Source: Coleofasciculus chthonoplastes F2-STO-03 (GTDB lineage Bacteria > Cyanobacteriota > Cyanobacteriia > Cyanobacteriales > Coleofasciculaceae). From it: a stretch of 64,000 nt of DNA. The position numbers were made by a program, and so were the translations under genes. Under the pieces are notes generated by a model, which was not told the origin of the DNA, made no database searches, and saw only the letters and a list, made by a program, of their open reading frames with translations. Position 1 is the first letter of the stretch. Each line of letters starts with the position of its first letter. The stretch covers positions 74,721-138,720 of the forward strand of contig JAVJWO010000195.1 of NCBI GenBank assembly GCA_040222015.1. The letters run 5' to 3'. This document shows positions 52,101-60,603 of this stretch, one piece after another.

Positions 52101-52804
52101 AATCTGATAAAGATTGGAATGTGCGGCAAGAAGCAGTGCAAGCATTAGCCAGAGATTGGAAAGAGGAGCCAGATACCTTGCCTCTGCTAAAACAAAAGGC
52201 TCAAGATGATGACCATGAATATGTGCGAATCGCAGCAGTACAAGAATTAGCCCAAGGCTGGCAAGATGCTCCAGATACCTTACTTTGGCTCAAGCAAAAA
52301 GCACAATCTGGTAATTATCCAGATGTGCGATATACAGCAGTGGAAGAATTAGCCCAAGGCTGGAAAGATGACCCGGATACTTTACATATTCTCAAAGAAA
52401 AAGTTCAGGATGATGATGCAGATGTGCGATATACAGCGATGAAAGAATTAGTTAAGGGTTGGAAAAATGAGCCGACTACCCTAACTATTCTCAAACAAAA
52501 AGCCCAATCTGATGACGATGAGGATGTGCGACGTGCAGCGGTGCAAGAATTAGCCAAAGGCTGGAAAGATGAGCCATGGCTATTTGAATTATTACGCGAT
52601 CGCGCTCTCAATGATCCCTTTGTGCGAGAGAAAAAAAGGCAAGACAATCCTCGGCAATTAGCTATTGAAATCATTATCAAACAATATCCTAACCATCCCC
52701 AGACTCTACCCTTGCTGCGCGACAGAGCTAAAAATGACCCGGATGAGAAAGTTAGGGAGTTTGCCCAGAATAAATTGGCACAATTAGAGAATCAAAGGAG
52801 CTAA
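49187..52804 (+). CDS. NACHT NTPase with C-terminal HEAT-like repeats (bacterial NLR-like)
   Basis: GDPGSGKST, FDGLDE, VTSR, NPLLL, FVHRTFLEYF; about twelve 37-aa VR.AAV.ELA.GW..DPDTL..LK repeats. Confidence 0.92.
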   Translation: MVELWTALGVSILKDLLLKDILLKLGNEALEDYVKDFFKDCINTGVQSAQTDVLKKALGEALQQFLKLIEDELLLYLTEAQVRDTYQVAIGRFIQEDDVKPLLGKAFEKDCRVIDANQLRIIWVHRYSPDMPTGFNWEEITKPYLKEVKRIVRNSPELKAILELEIQESIEQQVRDNAKINPDFNITKYQEGLRERYSHLNLSSLDTTGCAYNQLKLWQLFIPQNVRQVHQVLPQVYELPKEHQRRLRESNLLDTDISIEELTDYKQVYSQQPIRPINEIINDKDNYRYLIILGDPGSGKSTLVQYLALDWANSTPNDASFKPIPLLIELRTYMRNRDVGQCKNFLEFFHDSSGIVCHLNQHQLVEQLKAGNALVMFDGLDEVFDPGKREDVITDIHRFTNDYPDVRVIVTSRVIGYKPQRLRDAQFYHFMLQDLEVNQVKEFITRWHDLTFTNQADKQRKRERLQRAIDTSKAIRELAGNPLLLTMMAILNRNQELPRDRPELYNQASRVLLHQWDVERHLEKHQQLEIQTIDYKDKQAMLRQVAYQMQGAEKGLAGNLIAADELEGILTKYLQTLDINNSRAVARVMIKQLRERNFILCFMGADYYAFVHRTFLEYFCAWEYVWRFEKERTISLDELKTEVFGKHWQDESWHEVLRLIVGMIEPKLAGEILDYLRNQQGEAEKFINVFLAADCLFELRNRSVIVSTETQLLNQIKALTQYDLHYCYEPDENEYFIVNKIRTEAVLIIAKTWQYDPDTLPWLKEKAQDNEDEIVQRAAMQELAKGWKNDPDTLNILKDKARNEENIDVRYTAVKELAKGWKNDSDILNILKDKAQSDCYYNVRCTAVEGLAQNWSDAPDILNILKVKVQDGYHLLVQLTAAEELSKACNNNSNSLIWLQEKAKHDDNWTVRYAAVKGLAKGWNDDANTLAIIKQKAQDDEHPDVRRAAVQALAKGWKNDPDTLLIIQHKAQSDKDWNVRQEAVQALARDWKEEPDTLPLLKQKAQDDDHEYVRIAAVQELAQGWQDAPDTLLWLKQKAQSGNYPDVRYTAVEELAQGWKDDPDTLHILKEKVQDDDADVRYTAMKELVKGWKNEPTTLTILKQKAQSDDDEDVRRAAVQELAKGWKDEPWLFELLRDRALNDPFVREKKRQDNPRQLAIEIIIKQYPNHPQTLPLLRDRAKNDPDEKVREFAQNKLAQLENQRS

Positions 52805-52901
52805 ATATGATTTAAGATTAGCGGTAAAATCAATTTACAAAATTTAATCGTCAATCTGTTAAAATTCAGATATTGCACCATTTTCTGTCAGCCCCAGCAT
52901 C

Positions 52902-52952
52902 CGCCAAGAATTCAAATTCTTGGCTCATAGCTCAAGTCTATTAAAATGGACT
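52902..52952. repeat. Two-hairpin REP-like element
   Basis: CCAAGAA-TTCAAA-TTCTTGG and AGTCTAT-TAAA-ATGGACT. Confidence 0.65.
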
Positions 52953-52972
52953 AAAAGTTGTATCCTCCTCCA

Positions 52973-53135
52973 GTAGGTTGGGTTGAGCGACAGCGTTACC
53001 CAACAGAATAAAACCCTGTAGAGACGTTGCATGCAACGTCTCTACAGGGTGGGACGCCCCCTACATTGAGTAAAGGGCGACCCGAGTCGATTGAGTGGAC
53101 AAAATTGTCGATTTGTGCAAGCGGGTCGCCCCTAC
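52973..53135. repeat. Cluster of GTAG-type REP palindromes
   Basis: GTAGGTTGGG..CCCAAC, GTAGAGACGTTGCATGCAACGTCTCTAC, GGGCGACCCG...CGGGTCGCCCCTAC. Confidence 0.8.
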
Positions 53136-53179
53136 AGGAGAACTACAAACGGGTTAATGCGATTAGGAGAAAAACACTC

Positions 53180-53434
53180 ATGACGACATCTGTACAAACC
53201 AGCAAAGTTTACGACGAAATTATTGATTTTATCGCCGCTGGAACCACACCCAAACGTGTTATTGATTTTCAACTGTCAGAAGCAGCAAAAGAACGTTTAG
53301 CTGATTTAATTTACCAAAGCAAAACTGAAGGGTTGACACAAGAGGAGAAAACCGAACTAGATAAATACCTAGTCCTAGAGCATATTATGAGATTAGCTAA
53401 AGCGCAAAATCTATATTCAGTCAGCTTGAGCTGA
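53180..53434 (+). CDS. Small antitoxin-like hypothetical protein
   Basis: AGGAG RBS; YDEIIDFIA.G..P...IDF..S.....RL.DL...EE..ELD.YL.LEHIMRLAKA. Confidence 0.7.
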   Translation: MTTSVQTSKVYDEIIDFIAAGTTPKRVIDFQLSEAAKERLADLIYQSKTEGLTQEEKTELDKYLVLEHIMRLAKAQNLYSVSLS

Positions 53435-53516
53435 CTTGAGCTTTTGGTTCCTTGGGTTGTAACCAAAGGCTTAGCAATCAAGCCTTTTAAGGCACTAAAG
53501 TGCCTACTACGAACAA

Positions 53517-55757
53517 CTACTGTACAACATCCCGCATATACCGACCCCACAATTGTGCGGCTTGGGCACTACTTCCTCGCGTGGGTGAGTTGTCGTCATT
53601 GCCTAACCAAATCCCGGTGACTATCTGACGACTGGGTATAAAGCCAATAAACCATAAATCCACATACCGATCCGTGGTTCCGGTTTTCCCCGCTTCTCCT
53701 AATCCGATCGCGGCTGAACCGCCTGTGCCATTTTGCACCACCCCCCGCAACATCGTGGTCATGGTTTGAGCAACTGCAGGGGCTACAGCTTGAACCCCCC
53801 CTTCCCCATTTTCGGCAAAGTCATAGATCACCCGACAGGTTTGGGGGTCATTGTTATCGACACAATCCCCACTATCGAGAATCCGTCTAATTCCATGGGG
53901 ACGATTCCACACCCCATTATTCGCGATCGCGCTATACGATCCAGTTATCTCTAACACATTCACTTCACTTTGTCCAATTGCCAACCGGGGAACCGGATCA
54001 AGCTTTGAGCGAATCCCTAATCGTCGCGCCGTTTCTACCACGTTATTTAATCCCGCATCTGTCGCTACCCGCACCGCAATCACATTCTCTGATTGCACCA
54101 AACCCGTGTACATATTAACTGTACCCCCGGAACGTTCGCACCCGCGCAAACCAAATGCTGGGGCGCAGGAGTAGGTTTTTCCCGGTGGAATTCTTTGATC
54201 TAAGGCGGCGGCGTAATCAAACAGTTTAAACGTTGAACCGGGTTGTCGTTGGGCTTGAGTTGCCCGATTAAACTGACTTGCTTGGTAATCCATACCCCCC
54301 ACCATCGCCCGGATTGAGCTATCTGTCGTATTTAGGGTAACCATTGCCCCTTGAGAAAAGCGTAATTGGGTTCCCGTGGTATTGACAAAATTACGCAGTG
54401 CTGATTCTGCCTTTGCCTGAGTCTGCAAATCGAGACTGGTTTCGACAATAAAGTTTCCTTCTTGCGCCAACTCCGCACCCAGTAAATCCCGCAGTTCCTC
54501 AAACACGTAATTATAGAAATAGGGAGCTTTGGTGCTATTCAGGAATTCACGGGCTTGAGGGCTTACCTCAATGCGCGATCGCCTGGCTCGTTGTGCTTCC
54601 TCGTCACTAATCATCCCCATCGCCCGCATCCGGCTAATTACCCGATTTCGCAACCCCAACGCGGTATCATAATCCTGAACTGGATTATAACTATTCGGTG
54701 CTGGCAAAATCGCCACCAGAGTAGCGGCTTCAGACAGGGTTAACTCCTGTGCCGATTTATCGAAATAAAATTGGGCAGCATCTTCAAACCCATACGCTTC
54801 TACCCCTAGATAGATGCGGTTTAAATATGTCCTTAAAATCTCATCCTTACTGTAAAATGTCTCCAGTTTCAGTGCCACAATTGCTTCCCGGAGTTTCCGG
54901 GCGGCACTATTATCTCGCCCGACATATTCGGTAAACAAACTACGAGCCACCTGTTGACTAATCGTACTCGCCCCTTCTTTAATTCCACCCCCGCGAATAT
55001 TCCGGACTAATGCCCGCAAAATTCCATAAGGATCGACACCAAAATGCCAATAATAGCGACTATCTTCTGAAGCAACTAAGGCTTTAGGTAAATAGGGAGA
55101 AAAATCCGATAACCGTTTTAGTTCTCGGTGAACCTCAGTACGCGGTTGACGCAAGGGAACCTGGTCACGAGAATAGACAACAACGGGACCCTGAACTCCA
55201 GTGGGTAGGGGGCGCACCGGGATTTTTAACCATTCAATGCCAATAATTAAAGCAATTAACGCCGTTAATCCACCCACCCCATAGAGGCTGTAACGAATAC
55301 CGAGAATATACCAAGGCGGCGGATCGACATATTGCAGCTTTACCGAGGCGGCTAATTCCGGTGGACCAATGGTGAGAATATCCCCATGGCGCAAGGCTAA
55401 AGATGGCAAGCGGCGTTTACCTCGATAAATCCCATTGGTGGAATTTTCATCTTTAATAATAAACGTTCTACCCGATCGCCCATAGCGTTCTAAGGACAAA
55501 TGAACCTGACTCACCACTGGGTTTCGCACCACAATATCGCAGGATTTAGAACTGCGTCCCAGCAAATAGCGATCGCCTAATAGGGGGTAGACTTCCGCTT
55601 TATCCGCACCCGCGTCTTGCACCCACAGTTCTGGAACTTTGGCATTCGGCTTCAGCGCCAGGGCTTCAAAGTTAACTCTGGCTTGGATCGTTTGCACTGC
55701 CTGAGTCAACTGACCTAGAATGGTTTTCGGCGGTTGGGGAGGTTTGGGAGAATTCAT
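53517..55757 (-). CDS. FHA-domain class A penicillin-binding protein (PBP1A-like)
   Basis: FHA GR..S..H..STNG; transglycosylase EDSRY, GAST.SQQ, RKL.E; transpeptidase STFK, SEN, KTG. Confidence 0.93.
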   Translation of the reverse strand: MNSPKPPQPPKTILGQLTQAVQTIQARVNFEALALKPNAKVPELWVQDAGADKAEVYPLLGDRYLLGRSSKSCDIVVRNPVVSQVHLSLERYGRSGRTFIIKDENSTNGIYRGKRRLPSLALRHGDILTIGPPELAASVKLQYVDPPPWYILGIRYSLYGVGGLTALIALIIGIEWLKIPVRPLPTGVQGPVVVYSRDQVPLRQPRTEVHRELKRLSDFSPYLPKALVASEDSRYYWHFGVDPYGILRALVRNIRGGGIKEGASTISQQVARSLFTEYVGRDNSAARKLREAIVALKLETFYSKDEILRTYLNRIYLGVEAYGFEDAAQFYFDKSAQELTLSEAATLVAILPAPNSYNPVQDYDTALGLRNRVISRMRAMGMISDEEAQRARRSRIEVSPQAREFLNSTKAPYFYNYVFEELRDLLGAELAQEGNFIVETSLDLQTQAKAESALRNFVNTTGTQLRFSQGAMVTLNTTDSSIRAMVGGMDYQASQFNRATQAQRQPGSTFKLFDYAAALDQRIPPGKTYSCAPAFGLRGCERSGGTVNMYTGLVQSENVIAVRVATDAGLNNVVETARRLGIRSKLDPVPRLAIGQSEVNVLEITGSYSAIANNGVWNRPHGIRRILDSGDCVDNNDPQTCRVIYDFAENGEGGVQAVAPAVAQTMTTMLRGVVQNGTGGSAAIGLGEAGKTGTTDRYVDLWFIGFIPSRQIVTGIWLGNDDNSPTRGSSAQAAQLWGRYMRDVVQ

Positions 55758-55976
55758 ATATCCTTTGTCATTTGTCCTTGATCCTTCGTAAGGGGTTGAG
55801 GACTATTTACAGAACGTGTTGGGTGTTGGGTTGATTTCCACTAACCGACTTAGATGATCGGGTGTCGGGTTCCTGGTGCGAGTATTCATGGTTCATTGTT
55901 CATGGTTCATCGCGTTGTTCGGGAGAGGTGAACCTATCCGTTGCCTTGACATAAGACGAATGACGAATGACAAATC

Positions 55977-57299
55977 CTAACTTGGTCGCTGAATAACCTT
56001 TTCCAGAATTCGCCGCTTGGCTTTGGGGTCAATGCCAATTAATCGCACGTATTCGTTATGATGCTCCGCAAGGCGTTCGGCTAAGGTCAGGATCACGTCT
56101 GATGCTTCATTTCCTTGAAATGTGCCATCACTTTTCCAGGCATTGGTGCGAAAACGCCGCTCATTGGCATATTCTAAACTGAGACGATAGCCTTGGGCTA
56201 AGAGTTCGCGGATCTGCTGCTGGATATCTAAATCTAAGGAGGGGGTGGGGTCTTGAGGTGTCTTGAGGTTGACTCTAGTCTCAGTAGTGGCTTGATTGGC
56301 TGATCCAAGATCAAGGGTGCGGGGTTCTTCTGCCAAACGGTTTCCCTGTCTCAGTGTTTGGGTGTTATTGTGACCTGGTATTTGTCGTGCTGGAGGTAAC
56401 TCAAGGGTAGGACTTTCGCGCAGGGCTTTATTATATTCTCGAACCAGTCCCATCTCCTCAACTTGTTTTTGTTCGCCAATCATCACCTGACCGAATTCGA
56501 TTAAGTGAGAGAGTTTAAAATTCGGCTTTTCAAATTCCGGAGGCGCTTCGGTACTGCGAACGACGCGAAAGGAAATTTTGTCCAATCCGACATCATGGAT
56601 GAAGTGGAGAATTTGCTGATCATAAATCCGCGATCGCAAGGCGCTGAAAAAGTCAATGGCTTGATTGGGGAACTGATCCACCAGTTGTTCTAGATCCCGT
56701 CGCGATAGTCCATCGGCGGCGAAAATCCCGCCCACAATACCAATGCGTTCCTCTCGATTCGGTTCCCAGTAATATTTTTCCATACGACCCTCTCGAATTA
56801 AAGGGGCGTAGAGGGTGGAGAAGTCGTTCCCAGTTACGATAATCGGGACGCGATGCAGGGGATTGGCGTCATAACTCCCAGGGAGTTGCACATCGGTGGG
56901 ATGGTCGGCAATATTCATTAATGTGGCGCTAACGAGTTGAGTATTGACGGTGTATTGAGTCGTGCGGTCAAAGCGTCCAATCCCTGCATCTAAGTCATTA
57001 ATCATTAAAGCGCACATTTTCCCCTGCACCTTAATCATTTCGGCGGCTTCTCGATAACGCAGGCGAATCAGACGCGCCGGATCACCAGCATCCGGACTTT
57101 CCAGTTCACCGCCAGAGATATGGATCACACCAATCCCCATTTGTTCAAAGACTAACTCGCATTGGAAGGATTTCCCTTCCCCCTTGCGTCCATGAATGCC
57201 TAGAATCAGAGGAACCCGTACTCCCTCTAAATCTAGATAGTTTTTGGTGATGTGAACCGCCAGTTTATCCCGGAAGCTGGGCGCGATGTAGTAGGTCAT
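55977..57299 (-). CDS. rca: Rubisco activase-like AAA+ protein with C-terminal RbcS-like domain
   Basis: PLILGIHGRKGEGKS, INDLDAG.GR, TGNDFSTLYAPLIREGRMEK; SSUL EYA.ERRFR..W...EYVRLIGID...KRR; start placed at MTYYIAP. Confidence 0.9.
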   Translation of the reverse strand: MTYYIAPSFRDKLAVHITKNYLDLEGVRVPLILGIHGRKGEGKSFQCELVFEQMGIGVIHISGGELESPDAGDPARLIRLRYREAAEMIKVQGKMCALMINDLDAGIGRFDRTTQYTVNTQLVSATLMNIADHPTDVQLPGSYDANPLHRVPIIVTGNDFSTLYAPLIREGRMEKYYWEPNREERIGIVGGIFAADGLSRRDLEQLVDQFPNQAIDFFSALRSRIYDQQILHFIHDVGLDKISFRVVRSTEAPPEFEKPNFKLSHLIEFGQVMIGEQKQVEEMGLVREYNKALRESPTLELPPARQIPGHNNTQTLRQGNRLAEEPRTLDLGSANQATTETRVNLKTPQDPTPSLDLDIQQQIRELLAQGYRLSLEYANERRFRTNAWKSDGTFQGNEASDVILTLAERLAEHHNEYVRLIGIDPKAKRRILEKVIQRPS

Positions 57300-57346
57300 G
57301 AATGAAGAAGTTGTTGTGCGATCGCTAGTCTTTGATATTACCGAAT

Positions 57347-57509
57347 TTTGAGCCTCTTTTAATGCCACACGTCGCCCTATACCCTGACGCAGATTGGATA
57401 AGAAGCGATTCATTAACAAGGCAGTCGCGCGATCGGGAACTGACCAAAGGCTCATGATTAAGGTTTTGGTTCCGGCGATGGCAAAGGCGCGACGCAAGCC
57501 GAAAACCCC
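57347..57509 (-). pseudogene. CHAT-domain C-terminal fragment
   Basis: GVFGLRRAF.IAG...LIMSLWSVPD.ATA.LM..F...L..G.....AL..AQ, with no upstream catalytic region. Confidence 0.8.
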
Positions 57510-57606
57510 GGTTCTACTTCGATCTACATTATTCTATTTCCGCAATGGTTAACCTGTTGAGAGTCAACCCCTCATTTTTGAGGTAGTCCATCAGAAAGCC
57601 AAACAG

Positions 57607-57930
57607 GTGAATCGGGAGGCAGATTTAGCGTTAAACCTGCAAGGAACCAAGATTTATATGTCGGAAGCGAATCTGCGAAAATTGATTGAAGAACTTGTTG
57701 ATAATGCGTTTAAATTTTCGCCACCCGGAAAAACCGTTAGCATCTGCGATCGCGTCGAGCAAAATCGGGTCATTCTCACCATTCGCGATCGCAGACGGGG
57801 GATGACATCGGAGCAAATCGCCAATCTGGGAGCCTACATGCAGTTTGAGCGCAAACTTTATGAACAACAAGGGTCAGGATTAGGGTTAGCAATTGCCCAG
57901 CGTTTAGCTCAATTACATGGAGGAGAGTTT
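57607..57930 (+). pseudogene. Orphan HATPase_c fragment of a histidine kinase
   Basis: ELVDNAFKFS, IRD..RGM, GSGLGLAI..RL..LHGG; no HisKA; similarity ends as it meets the convergent gene. Confidence 0.75.
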
Positions 57931-57939
57931 CCCAGCTCC

Positions 57940-59901
57940 TTACCGTTGACCTTTCTGCCATCGAGCGATCGCCTGCTGCGCGGCTGGGTATGAGGGAGTA
58001 TCAGGCGGAACTAAGGCGGCGGTTTTTATCGCCAGTGACAACTGACCCCGCCATGCACGAGAATTGGCGATGAGGTAAATCTGGCGACTCCATTGATTAA
58101 TTAACTGTTGCGCTTGAGCATAACCCGGTTGACCCACGGGAATTTTACGTAAAGTATTAATCGCCTGATTATAAGACGAGGCTTGATTCCGTCGCAGTTG
58201 CTGTTTAGCCGCTTGAATAATCCCTTGGTTTTGCTGCTGCTGTTTCGCTTGAGTCTGCCAGGTTTTAATCGCCGACTGCGCCCGATTATAAATCGAGGGA
58301 TTGGTAGACGGAACTAATTTTGCCGCCGCGATCGCAGACGCAAAATTGCCTTGTTTCGCCCGCCCTTCGGCTAAGTCAAGAATCACCTGACTCCAGCGCT
58401 GGATATCCTGTTGCGCTTCTTCGTACAGGGGTTCACCAGGTTCAATTTTCTGGGCTTGGGCGATCGCTTGACTGAAGAGGGAGGCTTGATTGGGTTGGAT
58501 TCTACCCTTAGCTTGTGCCAAAATCCGTTGGTTCGCTTCCATGGATTCCGGATCAGAGGGTGAGGGTGAGTCTAGGGGCTGTTCCTGGGGTTTACCCGCC
58601 GACGCGGCTGTGATACCCCGATTCTCCCCAGGTGAGGGTGGAAGCGGTGAACGAGAGGCTTCAGGTGCAGGGCTAGTCTGATCAGCGACGGGACTTTGAG
58701 TCACTGACCCCTCCGTCTCTTCATCGGCTGTGGGTTGGGTTTCGGTGACAGGCTGAATAATCTGGGGACTTGTCCCCGTTTGACGGTTAAGAATTTTGAG
58801 CGTGATTAGCATCAGCACCAAAACCAGTATCAGTCCACCCCCTTGCATCAGCCATTGTTTCCATGTCTGATCCTTTGGACTATCGTCTTCTGAAGCGAAA
58901 CTCGGGGTCGGAATTAAAGCGGTTACTGAGTCGGCATGATCATCAACATCTGTAGGGATTAACGAGTGCGTCGGTTGTTTGTCTGGTATAGCAACAGGAT
59001 ACTTGGAGACAGAGGGGGTTGTGCCATGACCATTATCTGTAGAGGCGTCCCAATAGGCTGACTTGCCATTCGTCTGATCCCCTGATGTTACGGTTGAAGC
59101 AATCGGTGTCGCCGTTTTCGCTTCCACGGAAGCGGACAGGGGGATAGGCAAAATGATCTGTTGTCGGGTTGCTTCTGAAGGGATGATAATTAAAGGTGTC
59201 TGTATCGGTCGCCAGTGGTGTTGACTTAACTCCGGTAAGCGATCGCGTAAATACTGCTCCAAGTTTGTCAAAGTTAGATCGGTTTGATAATAGCGCAGGG
59301 CTTCCAGTAAGGCGGCGCTAAACAAACCATTCCGCAACGCCGTCGCTTCATGGGAAAATTGCCCTAGCTGACTGGACATGATCAGCGTAATTCCCATCTG
59401 ACGGGCTAATTCCAGGGTTTCTGCACCCACAGGTTCCCCGGCTTGCAGTCCTGGCGATCGGTTAATATCCAGCAAAACCAGCAGATTTTCATCCCCTTGA
59501 GGCTGGAGAGAACTAAGGAGCGATCGCATCGGTATCCCGGTACGGGGAATATCCTGGGGATTCCCATCTATGGGCATCAGGTAATCGGCTTGTTGCCAAC
59601 AAACACCATAACCACTAAAAAAGAACCACCGCCAAGACTTTGATGGGGACGTTTTGCCATTCGTTGGGGAGGGTTGGCGAGTCGCGTCCAGCCAGCGCCA
59701 AATATTGTCCTGATTGGGATAGGTGGATTGACGATCAATTAGAGGTGAATGATCGGTTAATACTAGATAATCCTCGGATGACCCATTCCCTTGCTGCACC
59801 AGAAACTGCCACAAGGCTTGAGCGTCCGCCTGTCCGTAGTTCAAGGGCGGTAAAAACTGATAGCGATTAATGCCAATTGCAACGCAAGCGTAATTTGCCA
59901 T
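57940..59901 (-). CDS. Pseudo-orthocaspase (inactive C14 domain) + TM + helical repeats
   Basis: AIGIN.Y, DAQAL, FFFSGYG (H>Y), LLDINRS (C>N), NGLFS.AL. Confidence 0.85.
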   Translation of the reverse strand: MANYACVAIGINRYQFLPPLNYGQADAQALWQFLVQQGNGSSEDYLVLTDHSPLIDRQSTYPNQDNIWRWLDATRQPSPTNGKTSPSKSWRWFFFSGYGVCWQQADYLMPIDGNPQDIPRTGIPMRSLLSSLQPQGDENLLVLLDINRSPGLQAGEPVGAETLELARQMGITLIMSSQLGQFSHEATALRNGLFSAALLEALRYYQTDLTLTNLEQYLRDRLPELSQHHWRPIQTPLIIIPSEATRQQIILPIPLSASVEAKTATPIASTVTSGDQTNGKSAYWDASTDNGHGTTPSVSKYPVAIPDKQPTHSLIPTDVDDHADSVTALIPTPSFASEDDSPKDQTWKQWLMQGGGLILVLVLMLITLKILNRQTGTSPQIIQPVTETQPTADEETEGSVTQSPVADQTSPAPEASRSPLPPSPGENRGITAASAGKPQEQPLDSPSPSDPESMEANQRILAQAKGRIQPNQASLFSQAIAQAQKIEPGEPLYEEAQQDIQRWSQVILDLAEGRAKQGNFASAIAAAKLVPSTNPSIYNRAQSAIKTWQTQAKQQQQNQGIIQAAKQQLRRNQASSYNQAINTLRKIPVGQPGYAQAQQLINQWSRQIYLIANSRAWRGQLSLAIKTAALVPPDTPSYPAAQQAIARWQKGQR

Positions 59902-60159
59902 GGGTTTTGGGTTTCGACGTTGGCGGCTGGAACTTGGTCAGTGTTGCCATCGTCTTGTCGGACTAACGGTTCAGTCTTGATCAAGACATTAAAGACAAAA
60001 TCATTTTATAGTCTCCACTACCTGTCCGTCAGGATAACCCTGAAATCGTCTGTCTCCAATGGGGAGATTTGAAGAATCATCAACAATCTGCCCTTCAGGG
60101 GTTATCTGAGACAACGTCTGCTGTTAAAATCTCTGTTTCATAACCCGTCGTCTACCCCA

Positions 60160-60603
60160 ATGATCCAGTCAATTGCCCGAAAACAAATTGCGCCGCTCGG
60201 TTTATGGGTGTTGGTCGGTTGTACCAGTATCAGTTGGCTAATCACAGCCGCGATCGCACCTGAGATAGCTCAAGCTTACACAGCGCGAGTCGAAGTTGCT
60301 CTCAGCAGTCAACCCGATGAAAGTTACGCTAATTTTCTCCGCCGCGCCGAAGCCATTGCTAGAGCCGCCGCACAACGCAGTTTCGATGGTGATATTTTGG
60401 TCACTGATGTCGCCGTGACGATTATCGGAGAACATAATAACGCGATCGCGCCCATTATGTTGCTAGAAGTGAGTCGTCCAAACTGGAAACGACGTCCTAT
60501 TGTTTCATTTTGGGCAACTTATTTTCCGGGGACTCAATCCCTGCTAGACTTTAGCCAGCCATCAGGGTCTAACCCGCCCGCCGAGTCTGAGGCTAATCAG
60601 TAA
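60160..60603 (+). CDS. Conserved secreted hypothetical protein
   Basis: Signal-like N-terminus ending AQA; ESY..FLRRAE..ARAAAQRSFD.D..V motif. Confidence 0.7.
   Translation: MIQSIARKQIAPLGLWVLVGCTSISWLITAAIAPEIAQAYTARVEVALSSQPDESYANFLRRAEAIARAAAQRSFDGDILVTDVAVTIIGEHNNAIAPIMLLEVSRPNWKRRPIVSFWATYFPGTQSLLDFSQPSGSNPPAESEANQ

Noticed and set aside
55977..57497. 506-aa CHAT-Rca fusion as a real protein
   Set aside because: Starts mid-motif at TTG; the CHAT part is only a C-terminal fragment; ATG at 57299 matches the expected Rca N-terminus.
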